DNA of 64,000 nucleotides from Calditrichia bacterium (GCA_963796965.1 CAWCNS010000011.1:576001-640000); one strand, 5' to 3'. Counted from the stretch's first letter, positions 1 to 11,229 are shown. Numbers and translations: made by a program. Notes: generated by a model from the letters alone, not told the origin.

Positions 1-1175
1 TCAACAATAATAAGGCCAAGCTTTTTAAATTTTACATTCTCCTGAATTAAAGCATGCGTTCCGATCGCAATTAACGGTTTACCGGATTGCATCAACAGAT
101 TAACTTCTTTTCTCTTTTCAATGTTTGTACTTTTTGTCAGCAAAATAATTTCAACTGCAAGATCTTTCAATATTTTTGTAATATTCAGGTAATGTTGTTC
201 TGCCAAAACCTCGGTTGGTACCATTAGGGCAGTTTGAAATCCATTATCAATGGCGATAAGCATCGCCATCACAGCCACTAACGTTTTTCCCGAACCCACA
301 TCTCCCTGAAGAAGTCTATTCATAGGGTGGGGATTTTTCATATCCCTGCGAATTTCCTTAACGACTCTTTCTTGCGCCCCCGTCATCTTAAACGGTAGCC
401 GGTAATAGAGTTTTTTTAGACGCTCGCTTGATTTATCAAAGGTATAACCAGGCACTTCGTTTTTTGTATGGATTTGCTGTATTGCCAGCATAAGTTGGAT
501 AAAAAAGAATTCTTCATATTTAAAGCGGTTAATGCTTTGTTTAAGATTCGGCAATGTGGTTGGGGTATGCATTTCCCTAAAGCCCTCTATTCTTTTAGGA
601 AAATGATATTTTTCAATTATTGACTGGGGAAGAATTTCTTGAATTCCCGATAATTTTGTTAAAAAGACCGACTGAAATATTTTTCTGAATGTATATGAAT
701 TTAATCCTGCTTTTTTAAACTCATCGCTTCCCGGGTATATGGGGACAATTTTACCCGTATTGAGGACTCCGGAAAGATCGTCATCTCCTAAACGATCATA
801 GTCTGGATGGACCAATTGATATCCCCGATAAAAGCTCACCTTTCCTGATAAAGATATCCATTCTCCTACACTAAAAATATCTTTATAGCGTTGGGCATGA
901 CTAAACCATACAGCCTCAAGGAATCCTTTTCCATCGGATATAACGAGATAAAATGCAGATTTTTTACCACGTCGAATACTGGCCGATTCAATTTTCCCAA
1001 TAACCGTAACATCTTCACCTTTTTTTAATTCAGATAAAGTTATAATATTTGAACGGTCGATGTATTTTCTGGGAAAAAAATATAGAAGATCTGTTAAGGT
1101 ATTGAGGCCAGATTTTTCCAGCGCAGATGCTCGTTTAGGACCGATGCCCTTGATATACTGGAGTTGTGTGGTCAT
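1..1175 (-). CDS. recG: ATP-dependent DNA helicase RecG (5' part; runs off window)
   Basis: Manual translation from ATG at 1175: MTTQLQYIKGIGPKRA..., later RLLQGDVGSGKT (Walker A), MVPTEVLAEQH, GTHALIQ; open to the window edge. Confidence 0.95.
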   Translation of the reverse strand, partial: MTTQLQYIKGIGPKRASALEKSGLNTLTDLLYFFPRKYIDRSNIITLSELKKGEDVTVIGKIESASIRRGKKSAFYLVISDGKGFLEAVWFSHAQRYKDIFSVGEWISLSGKVSFYRGYQLVHPDYDRLGDDDLSGVLNTGKIVPIYPGSDEFKKAGLNSYTFRKIFQSVFLTKLSGIQEILPQSIIEKYHFPKRIEGFREMHTPTTLPNLKQSINRFKYEEFFFIQLMLAIQQIHTKNEVPGYTFDKSSERLKKLYYRLPFKMTGAQERVVKEIRRDMKNPHPMNRLLQGDVGSGKTLVAVMAMLIAIDNGFQTALMVPTEVLAEQHYLNITKILKDLAVEIILLTKSTNIEKRKEVNLLMQSGKPLIAIGTHALIQENVKFKKLGLIIV

Positions 1176-1212
1176 TTAAGAAATATAATTAAAGATCCAG
1201 GATTCTAATTGT

Positions 1213-1305
1213 AAGTAAAAAGGTAAAGGTTAAAAGTTAAAAAATTATATTGTTTTTTTGACCGGGCTTTTCCCTTTTCCTTTTAACTTTTTACTTTTTA
1301 CTTTT
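1213..1305. repeat. Inverted arrays of ~7-nt tandem repeats (AAAAGGT / ACTTTTT)
   Basis: Left arm aagtaaaaaggtaaaggttaaaagttaaaaa, right arm cttttcccttttccttttaactttttactttttactttt; same family at 46061-46165. Confidence 0.75.
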
Positions 1306-1334
1306 ATTTCGATATGCAGCAAATGTAAATATAT

Positions 1335-2033
1335 CTACTTTGCTGATTTATTGTGGTGATTAGATTTAATCATACCATCTTCTAACTCCACAACGCGCCC
1401 TGCCTTACTGGCCATCATTTCATTGTGAGTTACGATAATAAATGTCTGATTAAATTTATTATTAAGTTCCAGAAGTAATTCATATAAAGCCATGCTGTTC
1501 TGTTTATCAAGATTTCCAGTCGGTTCATCGGCTAAAACAAGTTTCGGATTATTTATCAATGCCCGTGCTACCGCAACCCGTTGTTGTTCACCGCCAGATA
1601 ATTCTGAAGGTTTATGGGTCAGTCGATCGGCAAGCCCAATTTCGGTTAATAAACTTTCCGCTCTATCCCTGATGGCCGGGACATCTCCTTCATGCATCAT
1701 CCCGGGGATCATAACATTTTCTAAGGCTGTGAATTCAGGAAGAAGATGATGAAATTGAAAAACAAATCCAATTGATTTGTTTCTGAATACCGCCAGGTCC
1801 TTTTCCTTTAATACGAAGATGTTCTCACCGTCTATCAATACCTCACCCGATGAGGGTCGGTCCAGGCCGCCGACAAGATGGAGCAATGTACTTTTCCCAA
1901 CACCTGAAGGCCCCATGATGACAACAATTTCTCCTGTGGCCAAGTCCAGATTAATATTCTTTAAGACCTCTACTTCTTGTGGTCCTGTTTGATAGGTTTT
2001 ACACAAGTCTGTTGTATTTAAAATTTTACTCAT
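1335..2033 (-). CDS. lolD: Lipoprotein-releasing ABC transporter ATP-binding protein
   Basis: GPSGVGKST, GFVFQFHHLLPEF, LSGGEQQRVA, ADEPTGNLD; overlaps lolC/E-type permease. Confidence 0.92.
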   Translation of the reverse strand: MSKILNTTDLCKTYQTGPQEVEVLKNINLDLATGEIVVIMGPSGVGKSTLLHLVGGLDRPSSGEVLIDGENIFVLKEKDLAVFRNKSIGFVFQFHHLLPEFTALENVMIPGMMHEGDVPAIRDRAESLLTEIGLADRLTHKPSELSGGEQQRVAVARALINNPKLVLADEPTGNLDKQNSMALYELLLELNNKFNQTFIIVTHNEMMASKAGRVVELEDGMIKSNHHNKSAK

Positions 2034-3261
2034 ATCGAATCGCTTCCACTGGATATAGTCTTGATGCTTTAAAGGCTGGATAAACCGATGCTAAAAAACA
2101 TAGGATCAATGCAATGCCGGATATGGCAACAAAATCGATCATATGCATTTCAATAGGAAGTGAATCAATGATATAAACATCAGCCGGTAATGACACTAAT
2201 TTATACTCCAATTGCAGAAAACCAACCGTATACCCAATTACACAGCCTAAAACCGTACCAATGATTCCGATTCCTATTCCCTCGTACATAAATATCTTCA
2301 TGATACTGTTAGAAGTGGCCCCCATGCTTTTTAAGATTCCTATTTCCCGGGTTTTCTCCATAACAATCATGATGAGTGAACTGATAATATTAAAAGCTGC
2401 CACCATTATTATCAGACTTAGAATTATAAAGGCTCCCCATTTCTCGATTTCCATCCAACTGAAAAGTGACTTATTTAATTCAAACCAGGTTAGTGTCGTA
2501 AAAGGATAGCCCAATTCCTCCTCAATACGTAAGGCAACCTCACCGGCCTTATAATAATCCTCTATCTTAATCTCGACCCAGGTAATGCCATTGGGCATAT
2601 TAAACAGTTTCTGAGCAGATTCAAGAGATATGAAGGAAAAAATTCTGTCATATTCGTAATAACCAAATTCAACGATTCCTGCCACATAAAATTGTTTTAC
2701 ATTTGGTTGGCTAAAAATACCACCCTCTTTTGGGATGGTAAATAAGGTAACCACTTCACCGATATCCAGGGCAAGGAGACGGTCTGCCAGATATCTTCCC
2801 AGAACTATTCCCGGTAATTTTTTACCATCTATTTCTTTTTCACTAAAATCGAGTGTGCCCAGTTTCATTTTTTCCCGAATATTTGAAATTTTTGAAATCG
2901 ATTCAAGATCGATTGCTTTTACAGCAGTAGGACGCTGGGTATAACCCGATCTAATCATACACTCTTCTCTGATAACCGGAGAGGCGCCAATGACCTCGGG
3001 TTGTTTTTCGGCAACTTTTAATAATTTTTCTTTTTCCGTAATGGTCTGGTTATAAAACTTACGTAGTCGGATATGGGCATCCGCATCTATAAGTTTGGAG
3101 CGGACTTCCGATTCAAATCCATTCATTACTGAGAGTACAAGTATTAAAGCGGTGACACCAATAGTAACCCCAGCAATCGACACAAAAGTGATGATAGAAA
3201 TAAATCCGGTTCTTTTTTTGGCCCGAAAATATTTTTTTGCAACAAATGATTCAAATGACAT
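2026..3261 (-). CDS. lolE: Lipoprotein-releasing ABC transporter permease (LolC/LolE family)
   Basis: VLSVMNGFE, VAAFNIISSL, EIGILKSMGA, C-terminal ASRLYPVEAIRYE. Confidence 0.9.
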   Translation of the reverse strand: MSFESFVAKKYFRAKKRTGFISIITFVSIAGVTIGVTALILVLSVMNGFESEVRSKLIDADAHIRLRKFYNQTITEKEKLLKVAEKQPEVIGASPVIREECMIRSGYTQRPTAVKAIDLESISKISNIREKMKLGTLDFSEKEIDGKKLPGIVLGRYLADRLLALDIGEVVTLFTIPKEGGIFSQPNVKQFYVAGIVEFGYYEYDRIFSFISLESAQKLFNMPNGITWVEIKIEDYYKAGEVALRIEEELGYPFTTLTWFELNKSLFSWMEIEKWGAFIILSLIIMVAAFNIISSLIMIVMEKTREIGILKSMGATSNSIMKIFMYEGIGIGIIGTVLGCVIGYTVGFLQLEYKLVSLPADVYIIDSLPIEMHMIDFVAISGIALILCFLASVYPAFKASRLYPVEAIRYE

Positions 3262-3266
3262 ATTTA

Positions 3267-4768
3267 TTACGTCCCTTCTGGTCTCATTTGTGGAAAAAAT
3301 ATAACATCTCTGATACTGGCAGAATCTGTAAGAAACATAACCAGCCGATCAATGCCAATCCCTAATCCGGCCGTAGGCGGCATTCCATATTCTAATGCCC
3401 GAAGATAATCCTCATCAATAACTTGTGCTTCTTCATCACCACGATCCCTCAATTTCATTTGATCAAGAAATCGTTCTCGCTGATCCAGAGGATCATTCAA
3501 TTCACTAAAGGCATTACCAATTTCTTTACCCCCGATGATCGGTTCAAAACGTTCAACCAGACGTGGATTATCACGGTGTTTTTTTGCCAATGGTGACATC
3601 TCCACCGGATAGTCCATAATAAAGGTGGGTTGAATTAATTTTGGTTCAACATGATCTCCAAATATTTCATCAACCAATTTTCCAAATCCCATGGAAGAAT
3701 CTTCTTTAACATCTAACTTTTTTACCGTTTCTCTTAGAGTTGATTCATCCATATCACTTATATCGATTCCGGTATATTCTTCAATGGCGTCATACATGGA
3801 TAATCTCGGCCAGGGGGCAGAAAGATCAATCTCATGTCCCTGATACATAATCTTTGTGGTACCCTTCACTTCCTTAACAACAAAATTGATCATCTCTTCC
3901 ACAAATTCCATCAGCCAGATATAGTCTTTATATGCAATATATAATTCGACCTGTGTAAATTCAGGATTGTGAAAACGATCTATTCCTTCATTACGAAAAT
4001 CTTTTGCAAACTCATAAACCCGTTCCATACCGCCGACAATTAAACGTTTTAGATAGAGTTCATTTGCAATGCGCAGATAAAGATCAATATCCAATGTGTT
4101 ATGATGGGTAACAAATGGCCTTGCCGCCGCACCACCATAAATGGGTTGCAGAATGGGTGTTTCTACTTCAAGAAATTCATGTTTATTTAGAAACGAGCGG
4201 ATTGACGTAATAATTTTACTTCTCGTAATAAATACATCACTTACTTCAGGATTTACAATTAAATCTACATAGCGCTGTCGATAACGTAATTCAACATCAG
4301 CAAATTGATCGAATACTTTTTTCTCATCCTCTTCAATTTTTTCTTTTACAATGGGTAGAGGTCGCAATGATTTTGATAAAAGTTGAAATTTTTCAGCCAA
4401 AACAGACATTTCACCGGTTCGGGTTTTAAAAACCTTTCCTTCAACCCCAACCAAATCACCGATATCCAGCAATTTAAATAGATCAAATCCATTTCCATCT
4501 ACCTGGTCTTTTCTTATATATACCTGAATTTTTCCTGCACGATCCTGTAAATGAAAAAAGGCTGCTTTACCCATCAGCCGAACAGACATCATTCGTCCGG
4601 CAATTGATACTGTTTTTTCTTCAATTTTCTGAGAAGTTTTCTAATATATCTGTATGAAAGATCGTTTTGATTAAAAATATAGGTATAGGGATTCACCTCC
4701 ATATCGGCTAATGTGTTCAACTTTTCCCTACGGAGAATCATTATTTGATTTAAATCTTCCACTAACAT
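3267..4768 (-). CDS. lysS: Lysine--tRNA ligase, class II (one indel near 4600-4660, likely assembly error)
   Basis: [51 protein letters not shown]-terminus (RREKL) in ORF 4589-4786 with GGAG RBS before ATG at 4768. Confidence 0.95.
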
Positions 4769-4792
4769 ACTCCTGTTCATCGACAATGGTAT

Positions 4793-5885
4793 TTACTGGC
4801 GGACGAGAAACTCTTTAATAAAAGGATCCAGATTCCCATCCATAACAGCTTGTGTATTACTGGTTTCATAATCGGTGCGATGATCTTTTACCAGATTATA
4901 TGGATGAAAAATATAAGAACGGATTTGGCTTCCCCAGGAAATATCTTTCTTTTGTTCTTCCATTTTCTTTTTTTCTTTTCGCTGTTCTTCCTCTTTTAAT
5001 TTATAGAGTCGGGCGGCAAGAATTTTCATAGCATTTGCTTTATTTTTATGTTGTGAGCGTTCATTTTGACATTGGACAACTGTTCCACTTGGTAAATGTG
5101 TAATCCTTATGGCAGAATCTGTTTTATTTACATGCTGCCCTCCGGCACCACTGGCCCGATAAGTATCAATTTTTAAATCAGCGGGATTGATTTCAATATC
5201 AATCTTATCATCAATTTCAGGTAAGACAAATACGGAAGCAAAGGAGGTGTGGCGTCTTTTATTTGCATCAAAAGGTGATATTCTGACCAAGCGATGGACC
5301 CCTGCTTCTGCCTGCAAATAGCCATAGGCAAAATCACCAACAACTTCTATTGTCACACTCTTTATTCCCGCCTCATCCCCACTTTGGATATCCATTATTT
5401 CGGATTTAAAACCAGCATTTTCGCAATAACGCAAATACATGCGCATAAGCATTTCTGCCCAATCTTGAGATTCTGTGCCACCGGCACCCGGATGGATAGT
5501 CAGAATGGCATTTCGTTTTGCCATTTTACCAATAAACATTCGTCTAAACTCCAGATCCTCAACCTCTTTTTCAAGTTTGGCTAAATTCAGTTGAATCTCT
5601 GGTTCTAAATCTTCTGAAGGATCCTCCTGCTGGAGTTCGATAAGAAGTTCAATTTCTTCAAGTTGAGCATTTTGGGAATCCCAACTATCCACCCAGGTTT
5701 TACGGTCATTAATTTCCTTTAAAACCCGCTGGGCTTCCTCATTATTATCCCAAAATCCTTGTTCCTGGGTTTTTTTTTCAATCTCTGCTATTTCTTTTCG
5801 TTTTTTATCAAGGTCAAAGAAAACTCCGTAGATTTATTAACTTTTCTCGCACACTATCTACACGATCTTTAATTTCAGAGTTCAT
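4793..5885 (-). CDS. prfB: Peptide chain release factor 2 with programmed +1 frameshift
   Basis: SPF and GGQ motifs; first frame from ATG 5885 (MNSEIKDRV...LRSFL) ends CTT TGA C; GGAGG RBS. Confidence 0.97.
5813..5828 (-). other. RF2 programmed frameshift signal (internal SD-like GGAG + CTT TGA C)
   Basis: Minus strand reads CGGAGTTTTCTTTGAC, the canonical prfB slippery stop. Confidence 0.93.
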
Positions 5886-5899
5886 CTTTCCTCCGTTTA

Positions 5900-6197
5900 T
5901 CCACGAATTTCACAAATTATTAAAAAAGAAAAAAAGCAACATCGAACAGTTTTCGTTATATCATCACCCAATTGATAAAGATTCTCTCATGATTTTTGAA
6001 CAAATAGTGAGATTCTTAGCCCGCTAAAAACTACTTTATGTCTTTTTTCCTTTTAAATCATGGACGATTTAATCCCAACACATTTAAAGGATATCGATAA
6101 TATTATCGGGATATCTTTGTTCTTAATTTTCTTTTCAGAATAGCATATAATTTACTTCTTTTTATAGAGCATGGCAAGGTAAGTGTAATTCATGGAA
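5900..6197. repeat. 9-mer repeat element arms (TCCACGAATTTCACAAATT ... AGTGTAATTCATGGA)
   Basis: Left arm 5900-5919 matches 20703-20721; degenerate right arm 6180-6197. Confidence 0.6.
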
Positions 6198-6202
6198 AAT
6201 GG

Positions 6203-6241
6203 AAAAAAAAATCCTTCTTAACAAATTGCGTTAAGAAGGAT
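6203..6241 (-). terminator. Rho-independent terminator
   Basis: ATCCTTCTTAAC/GTTAAGAAGGAT 12-bp stem then a long T run on the minus strand, just after the 6268 stop. Confidence 0.85.
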
Positions 6242-6267
6242 GAGTATTTTTAAATTTGATGTAGATA

Positions 6268-7402
6268 TTAATCTTCCAACACTTCTCTTATCTTTTCAAT
6301 CTCCAGATCTGCTTCTTCGCGGACTTTTCTGATTTCTTCCAGTTCTTTTTCCATATCAGCCGCTTTTTCTTTCTCTTCCATTACCTTCTCATAAAAATCA
6401 ACGCGTCGCTTAACCTCTGCATTATACACACCGCCGCCATACTGGGCACGTGCACCGGCCGGCAGAATACTGAACGTAATCCCCATCTGAACACGCCAGG
6501 GTGGGTAGTTTTTTGGCAAATCCAAACGATCAGACCAATCAGGTACACCACTCGTGCGTTGCCGTTCATCCGGAGAAACTCTGATATCAACCCCTAAATC
6601 AAAGTCATCCAACTGTAGGGTGCATAACTGACAGAAGGGGTAAGAAATGCATAATCCTCTGCACTGTAGACAAAATTATCAGGAATTGTCGTATAAAGGC
6701 CACCCCATAATTCCAGCCAGAATTTGAATAATCCAGCCGGTATGGTTGAGGAGAGCATAATCCTTAACTCCGATGAGTTAACCGTCGCGGTACGTGTCGT
6801 TCCGCCCTTTATATTCACCTCATTACCTTTTTCATTATGATTCCACCACCCCATATTAAAATGAAAACCAAGACCCTGATCAGGGAGATAGGCGTTTTTA
6901 TAATAGGATATACCACCAAAAATCCCGTATTCTACACCGCCCCCATAAAAGTCTGCCCAGGGATAATTATTGACCTCTGCTGTAGGAAAGAGCACGGTAC
7001 CCCAGAAGGCACCGGCAAAATGACCATATTCAAAATTGAAGGATCCGGCTTTAAGGGTGAGAAAAACATTATCAGGGACATTGGCTGTCGTGGTGTGATG
7101 ATTATCCTGATATACGCGGATACCAACAGTAGCATCAAGATGCTTGAAAATGCCGTAGGATATTGATGTATTCCCGCCACAATCCACCAATTAGCCGCTT
7201 GAAAATCAGGGGGGGCTTGACCAAGAAACTCACCTAATTTTGTATAAAAATTAAGATTGCCATAAAAATCCCAACGACCGGGCATTAGGGTACGGCCTTC
7301 CTGGGTGTGAAAAAGCCCAATACTTCCTGTAGTCGCCGGATTTTGGCCATAGACAGCGGTAGCAGTATATAGAATATATAGGAGAAGAAATAGTTTTCTC
7401 AT
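6268..7402 (-). CDS. Uncharacterised secreted putative beta-barrel protein with C-terminal coiled coil (paralogue 1; 3 ORF pieces)
   Basis: Signal peptide, TTGSIGLFHT..RTLMPGR, alternating aromatic beta-strands, E/K-rich heptad tail; pieces 6932-7402, 6594-7190, 6268-6612. Confidence 0.7.
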
Positions 7403-7445
7403 CTCATGCCCTTAGTCGATCGAAGTCGTATTCGTCACCCGATTA

Positions 7446-8572
7446 CTAACCTTCTTCTTCCAGAATTTGTTTTAACTCTTCCAGTTCTTTTTCCGCTTCT
7501 TCCCGTTCCCGTTTCAACCGATCCAATTCTTCCTGTACATTGTCGATCCGTTCCCTCTCTTCAATAATATTCTGGAAAAAATCTACCCGTTTATTAAATC
7601 GATCCCGTTCCATTTCTTCCGGCGTTTGCTCGGTTGGGGATAATGGTAGTAGAGTAAAGTTAACGCCATCCATGCTTTCCATGAGGATAATTGGGTAGAT
7701 CTAATATCGGTCTCCATGGTGGTTTGGTTTCTTCTACATTATTTGAGATCCGAATATCTACACCAAAATCAGCATACATCCAGCGATAGGGTTTATACCG
7801 AATGGCCGGTGTGACATAGGTATAAGCTTCACGGCCATAGACCATCGTATCAGCCTGATCAATCCAGGAGATACCATTCACTTCCAACATCAGATCAATC
7901 ATACCGACAGGATAGACAAGCCCCAGGCCATATTGTAATTTGGTGGCATTAAATCCTGGTTTTCTGCCACGACTTATCAACGACTTTTCCGGCATCATTA
8001 TGGGTATACCAACCCAGATTTAAATGGGCTGAAAAATTGCGGGTGAGCAGATAGGGATCGACATAATAGGATAAAGAGCCCATGCAGGCCAAATTCAACT
8101 TTACCACTGGAATATTCTGCCCAAACATAATTGGGTACTTCAGCCAGAGGAAAACGAAAATTCAACATGCCCACCGCCATAGAGATGGCGTGTACCCAGT
8201 GTAAATGAACCGGTTTTTAAACTAAGAAATAAATCGTCGGGAATATTGGCATTTTCGCTGATATTGGTATCCTGATACCAGCGAATGCCCAAAGCCATAT
8301 CAAGATGATCAACAATACCATAGGTGGTCCAGAAATTGCTGGCAACAACCCAGTAATTAACCGCAGCAAAATCATCGGGAGCAGAAACGATATTACTCCA
8401 TTCCCCCAATTTTGTATAAAAATTCAAATTTGTTTGAATCTCCAAACGCCCCTGTTCAAAGGTTCTTGCTGTCTGTGTATGCGATCAATGACCAACTACC
8501 GGTGGTCTGGGTTTGAGCAAGGGCTAGTGATGTAAGAATTAGTATTATTAATAGTGGGACGAGCCGCTTCAT
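7446..8572 (-). CDS. Uncharacterised secreted putative beta-barrel protein with C-terminal coiled coil (paralogue 2; several ORF pieces)
   Basis: ATG 8572 after GGAGG: MKRLVPLLIILILTSLALAQTQTTGS; shares LNFYTKLGE, HLD...YQD, PD..FL.LK.GSF, LDLP.NYP and RVDF-coiled coil with paralogue 1. Confidence 0.7.
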
Positions 8573-8606
8573 CCCATCCTCCCAAAATGATTAGATAATC
8601 TCAAGA

Positions 8607-8635
8607 ATATTATTAATTTATATTATTTTTGTCAA
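8607..8635 (-). promoter_or_regulatory. sigma70-type promoter for the paralogue pair
   Basis: TTGACA-17 nt-TAATAT about 35 nt upstream of ATG 8572. Confidence 0.65.
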
Positions 8636-8749
8636 GAAAAATGAGGCAAATAAAAATATTTACCGGGACTCTAAAAATATCAATAATTTACGAATAAAAC
8701 CAAACTTATTCTACATTTGCTTAAAGATAAAATTATTCATTGTTTTTTT

Positions 8750-8778
8750 CTCTCGCAGAGACGCAAAGACGCAGAGAA
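8750..8778. repeat. CGCAAAGA/CGCAGAGA tandem repeat arm
   Basis: tctcgcagagacgcaaagacgcagagaa; related arms at 20767-20786 and 24077-24185. Confidence 0.6.
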
Positions 8779-8978
8779 ATAAATTCAAGATTATATAATT
8801 TTCTACTAAGGTGCAGATTATATAATCCAGTTAATCAATATCTTCCAAACACTAATTTGAGAAGATACAAAGAAATCGCCTTAATAAAAAATTATTGATG
8901 TACTAAGAAAGTATCGGCCCGTTTAGGGATGTCTTTAAAAATATTATAAGAAATTGAATATATTCTCTTTACAGGTGG

Positions 8979-9446
8979 TTAATTTATAAGACTTATCAAA
9001 TAAATGGCATTAACGATGATCGCTATATCTCTGACAATTCCAATAAATCGGGTAAAAACATCATAAGCGCTTCCTGATACAATGATCGTATCACCCGGCT
9101 GCAGAAGTGGTAAGAGTTCACTGTTACCGGTTTTGATAAATTTTTCCACATCAACATTGATCACCTGTTGATTGGTGCGAATGATACGTACATCACTTAG
9201 ACGGGCAGTCGCTAAAGGGCCCCCAGCCGATGAGATTAAATCAATTAATCCATAGGCGCTGGGAATACTGTAGATACCAGGACGTTGAACATGACCCCAT
9301 AAATTTACATTTATCAACAAGATATCTGCACCACCAAGGATATATTGGGCCGGACGGTCACCGTATTGGATTGATGTTTGTGAATCCTGGGCAAAAGAGA
9401 TTGAAATCAATATGAAGATAAAAATTAACGGTAGAAGTTTTTTCAT
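8979..9446 (-). CDS. SLBB-domain secreted protein with C-terminal amphipathic/TM helix (Wza-like)
   Basis: Signal peptide; VNLWGHVQRPGIY, LISSAGG, LQPGDTIIV. Confidence 0.75.
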   Translation of the reverse strand: MKKLLPLIFIFILISISFAQDSQTSIQYGDRPAQYILGGADILLINVNLWGHVQRPGIYSIPSAYGLIDLISSAGGPLATARLSDVRIIRTNQQVINVDVEKFIKTGNSELLPLLQPGDTIIVSGSAYDVFTRFIGIVRDIAIIVNAIYLISLIN

Positions 9447-9458
9447 TTGACTCCTGAA

Positions 9459-10229
9459 TTATTCAATTATAAATGTTTTCCATACAGATTCTGATCCACT
9501 GTTATCCTCATTGGGGCCAATTGTATCTATTCGCCATTTGTATGTTCCGGGCAGAAACTTAGGAAAATTTGATATTGTCTTCAGATCTAAAATTTGAGAC
9601 TCAAAATAATTTTCAACCTGAAAGACACCAATATAATGAAGGTGTCCAAAATTATTTTCAATTCTCAGGATATAAAAGTTTGGGACTTCCACAAAATCCC
9701 ACTTAAGTATCGGTAACGTATCAAGCACGCTTTCATATGTTTGACCATCAGGTTGACGGGTTTCAGGCTTACTTAGCAACATGTACTTTAATGTATCGCC
9801 TGCGCCACTCTCTTCGTCCTGAGAATTTGTGGCTGTTACAAAATAATGATAATAAACATTCAAATCCAAACCCTGATCTGCATTATCATCCACATAGGTC
9901 GTATCTTTTCCTGCAGAGACCTGCTCAAGAACAATTCTTTTAATTATTCTAAAGTATGATTCATCATCCCGTCGTCGATAAACATTATATTGTTGGATAT
10001 TTCGGTCGTTTAAATCATACCAGGCCAGGAAAATACCGTCATTTTCCCAAACAGCATCAATACCCCGTTCCTGGGCTAATGTATCCTCAACCGAAGTATG
10101 GTGGACCATGTACACATTTTCCGGATCAGGCACAATTGGTTCACCTGCATTATCACAAGCGGCCATAAATAGCATGACCGTGAATAATAGTATTTTTAAT
10201 GTTTTAAAATATAAATGTAACGCCAACAC
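9459..10229 (-). CDS. Lipoprotein with FN3-like domains
   Basis: Lipobox MAAC; YNVYRR, TTYVD, YHYFVTATN...ES; GTYKWRI. Confidence 0.65.
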   Translation of the reverse strand: MLALHLYFKTLKILLFTVMLFMAACDNAGEPIVPDPENVYMVHHTSVEDTLAQERGIDAVWENDGIFLAWYDLNDRNIQQYNVYRRRDDESYFRIIKRIVLEQVSAGKDTTYVDDNADQGLDLNVYYHYFVTATNSQDEESGAGDTLKYMLLSKPETRQPDGQTYESVLDTLPILKWDFVEVPNFYILRIENNFGHLHYIGVFQVENYFESQILDLKTISNFPKFLPGTYKWRIDTIGPNEDNSGSESVWKTFIIE

Positions 10230-11229
10230 GATGTGTATTTCCTAAATCATAATGTTGATAAGCATAGTCGACTTTAATTTTCCAATACATCACACCCGCT
10301 CCGGCTGTAAAATGACCATCATTACTTCCAACCCGGACCGCAAACATGGATTCATACAATATCTCACTTCCCAGATGCCAATTTCCACCGTATTTGGTAT
10401 CTACATCGTAGAGTAAAAACAACTGGCTGCTCATAAAATTGAGTGGCTGCATAAATGAAAAGCCAAAACGCCACATGCGTTCAATTTTATCTTTTTGTTT
10501 CGAATCTGTATCCCAGGTAATACTGGTATCAAAGATATCAAAGACACCCAAGCCGAGGCCAAAGTATCCAAAATTATCATCTGCAAACAGATTATTCAGC
10601 CCCATTTTAAGACGAACACCGGCGTCCAATCCTAGTCCGGATCCCGATCTGTCATAGAGGTTGGTATTGATCATTTTGAAATTTACACCGTAACCAAAAT
10701 CAATTGGAATATCAAAATACTGCCAACCCATATCCACATTCCAACGGGTTAACTTTGAAACGGTAATAAAATAGGCATTATTGGTAAAACTAAATGAACC
10801 GGAAGATGGCGCGGTTAGGCCATCCGTATCGGGATTTGCATAGCGTTCCGGACGTGTAAAATTATACAAATTATTATCATCAAAAAAAGGAATGTCATCG
10901 ACAGCAAGCCGTATCCAACTCGCGGCAAGGACCGTGTTACCAAATATAGGTAAAGCAATACTGGCGAAACTATGATTTTCCAAAGAATTGAACATCTCCG
11001 CATACATGGCAGAAGCCTGCGGACGGGATAAAAAGGCTGTCCCGGCAGGATTCCAGTAAAAGCCAGATCCATCATCGGCCTCAGCTGTATAAGCACTGCC
11101 TAAAGCCAGGGCCCTGGCCCCGATCCCAATATTAAGAAATTCGCCGCCATATTTGGTATCCTCTGATGTCTCCTGCGCAAAAACATTGGCAAGAAAGAGC
11201 AGAGAGGATATAATAACAAATACTTTCAT
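10204..11229 (-). CDS. porV: PorV/PorQ-family outer-membrane beta-barrel
   Basis: KYGGEFLNIGIGARALALGSAYTAEADD...YWNPAG; ends DLGNTHRVGVTFIF; start overlaps the C25 gene stop. Confidence 0.8.
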   Translation of the reverse strand: MKVFVIISSLLFLANVFAQETSEDTKYGGEFLNIGIGARALALGSAYTAEADDGSGFYWNPAGTAFLSRPQASAMYAEMFNSLENHSFASIALPIFGNTVLAASWIRLAVDDIPFFDDNNLYNFTRPERYANPDTDGLTAPSSGSFSFTNNAYFITVSKLTRWNVDMGWQYFDIPIDFGYGVNFKMINTNLYDRSGSGLGLDAGVRLKMGLNNLFADDNFGYFGLGLGVFDIFDTSITWDTDSKQKDKIERMWRFGFSFMQPLNFMSSQLFLLYDVDTKYGGNWHLGSEILYESMFAVRVGSNDGHFTAGAGVMYWKIKVDYAYQHYDLGNTHRVGVTFIF

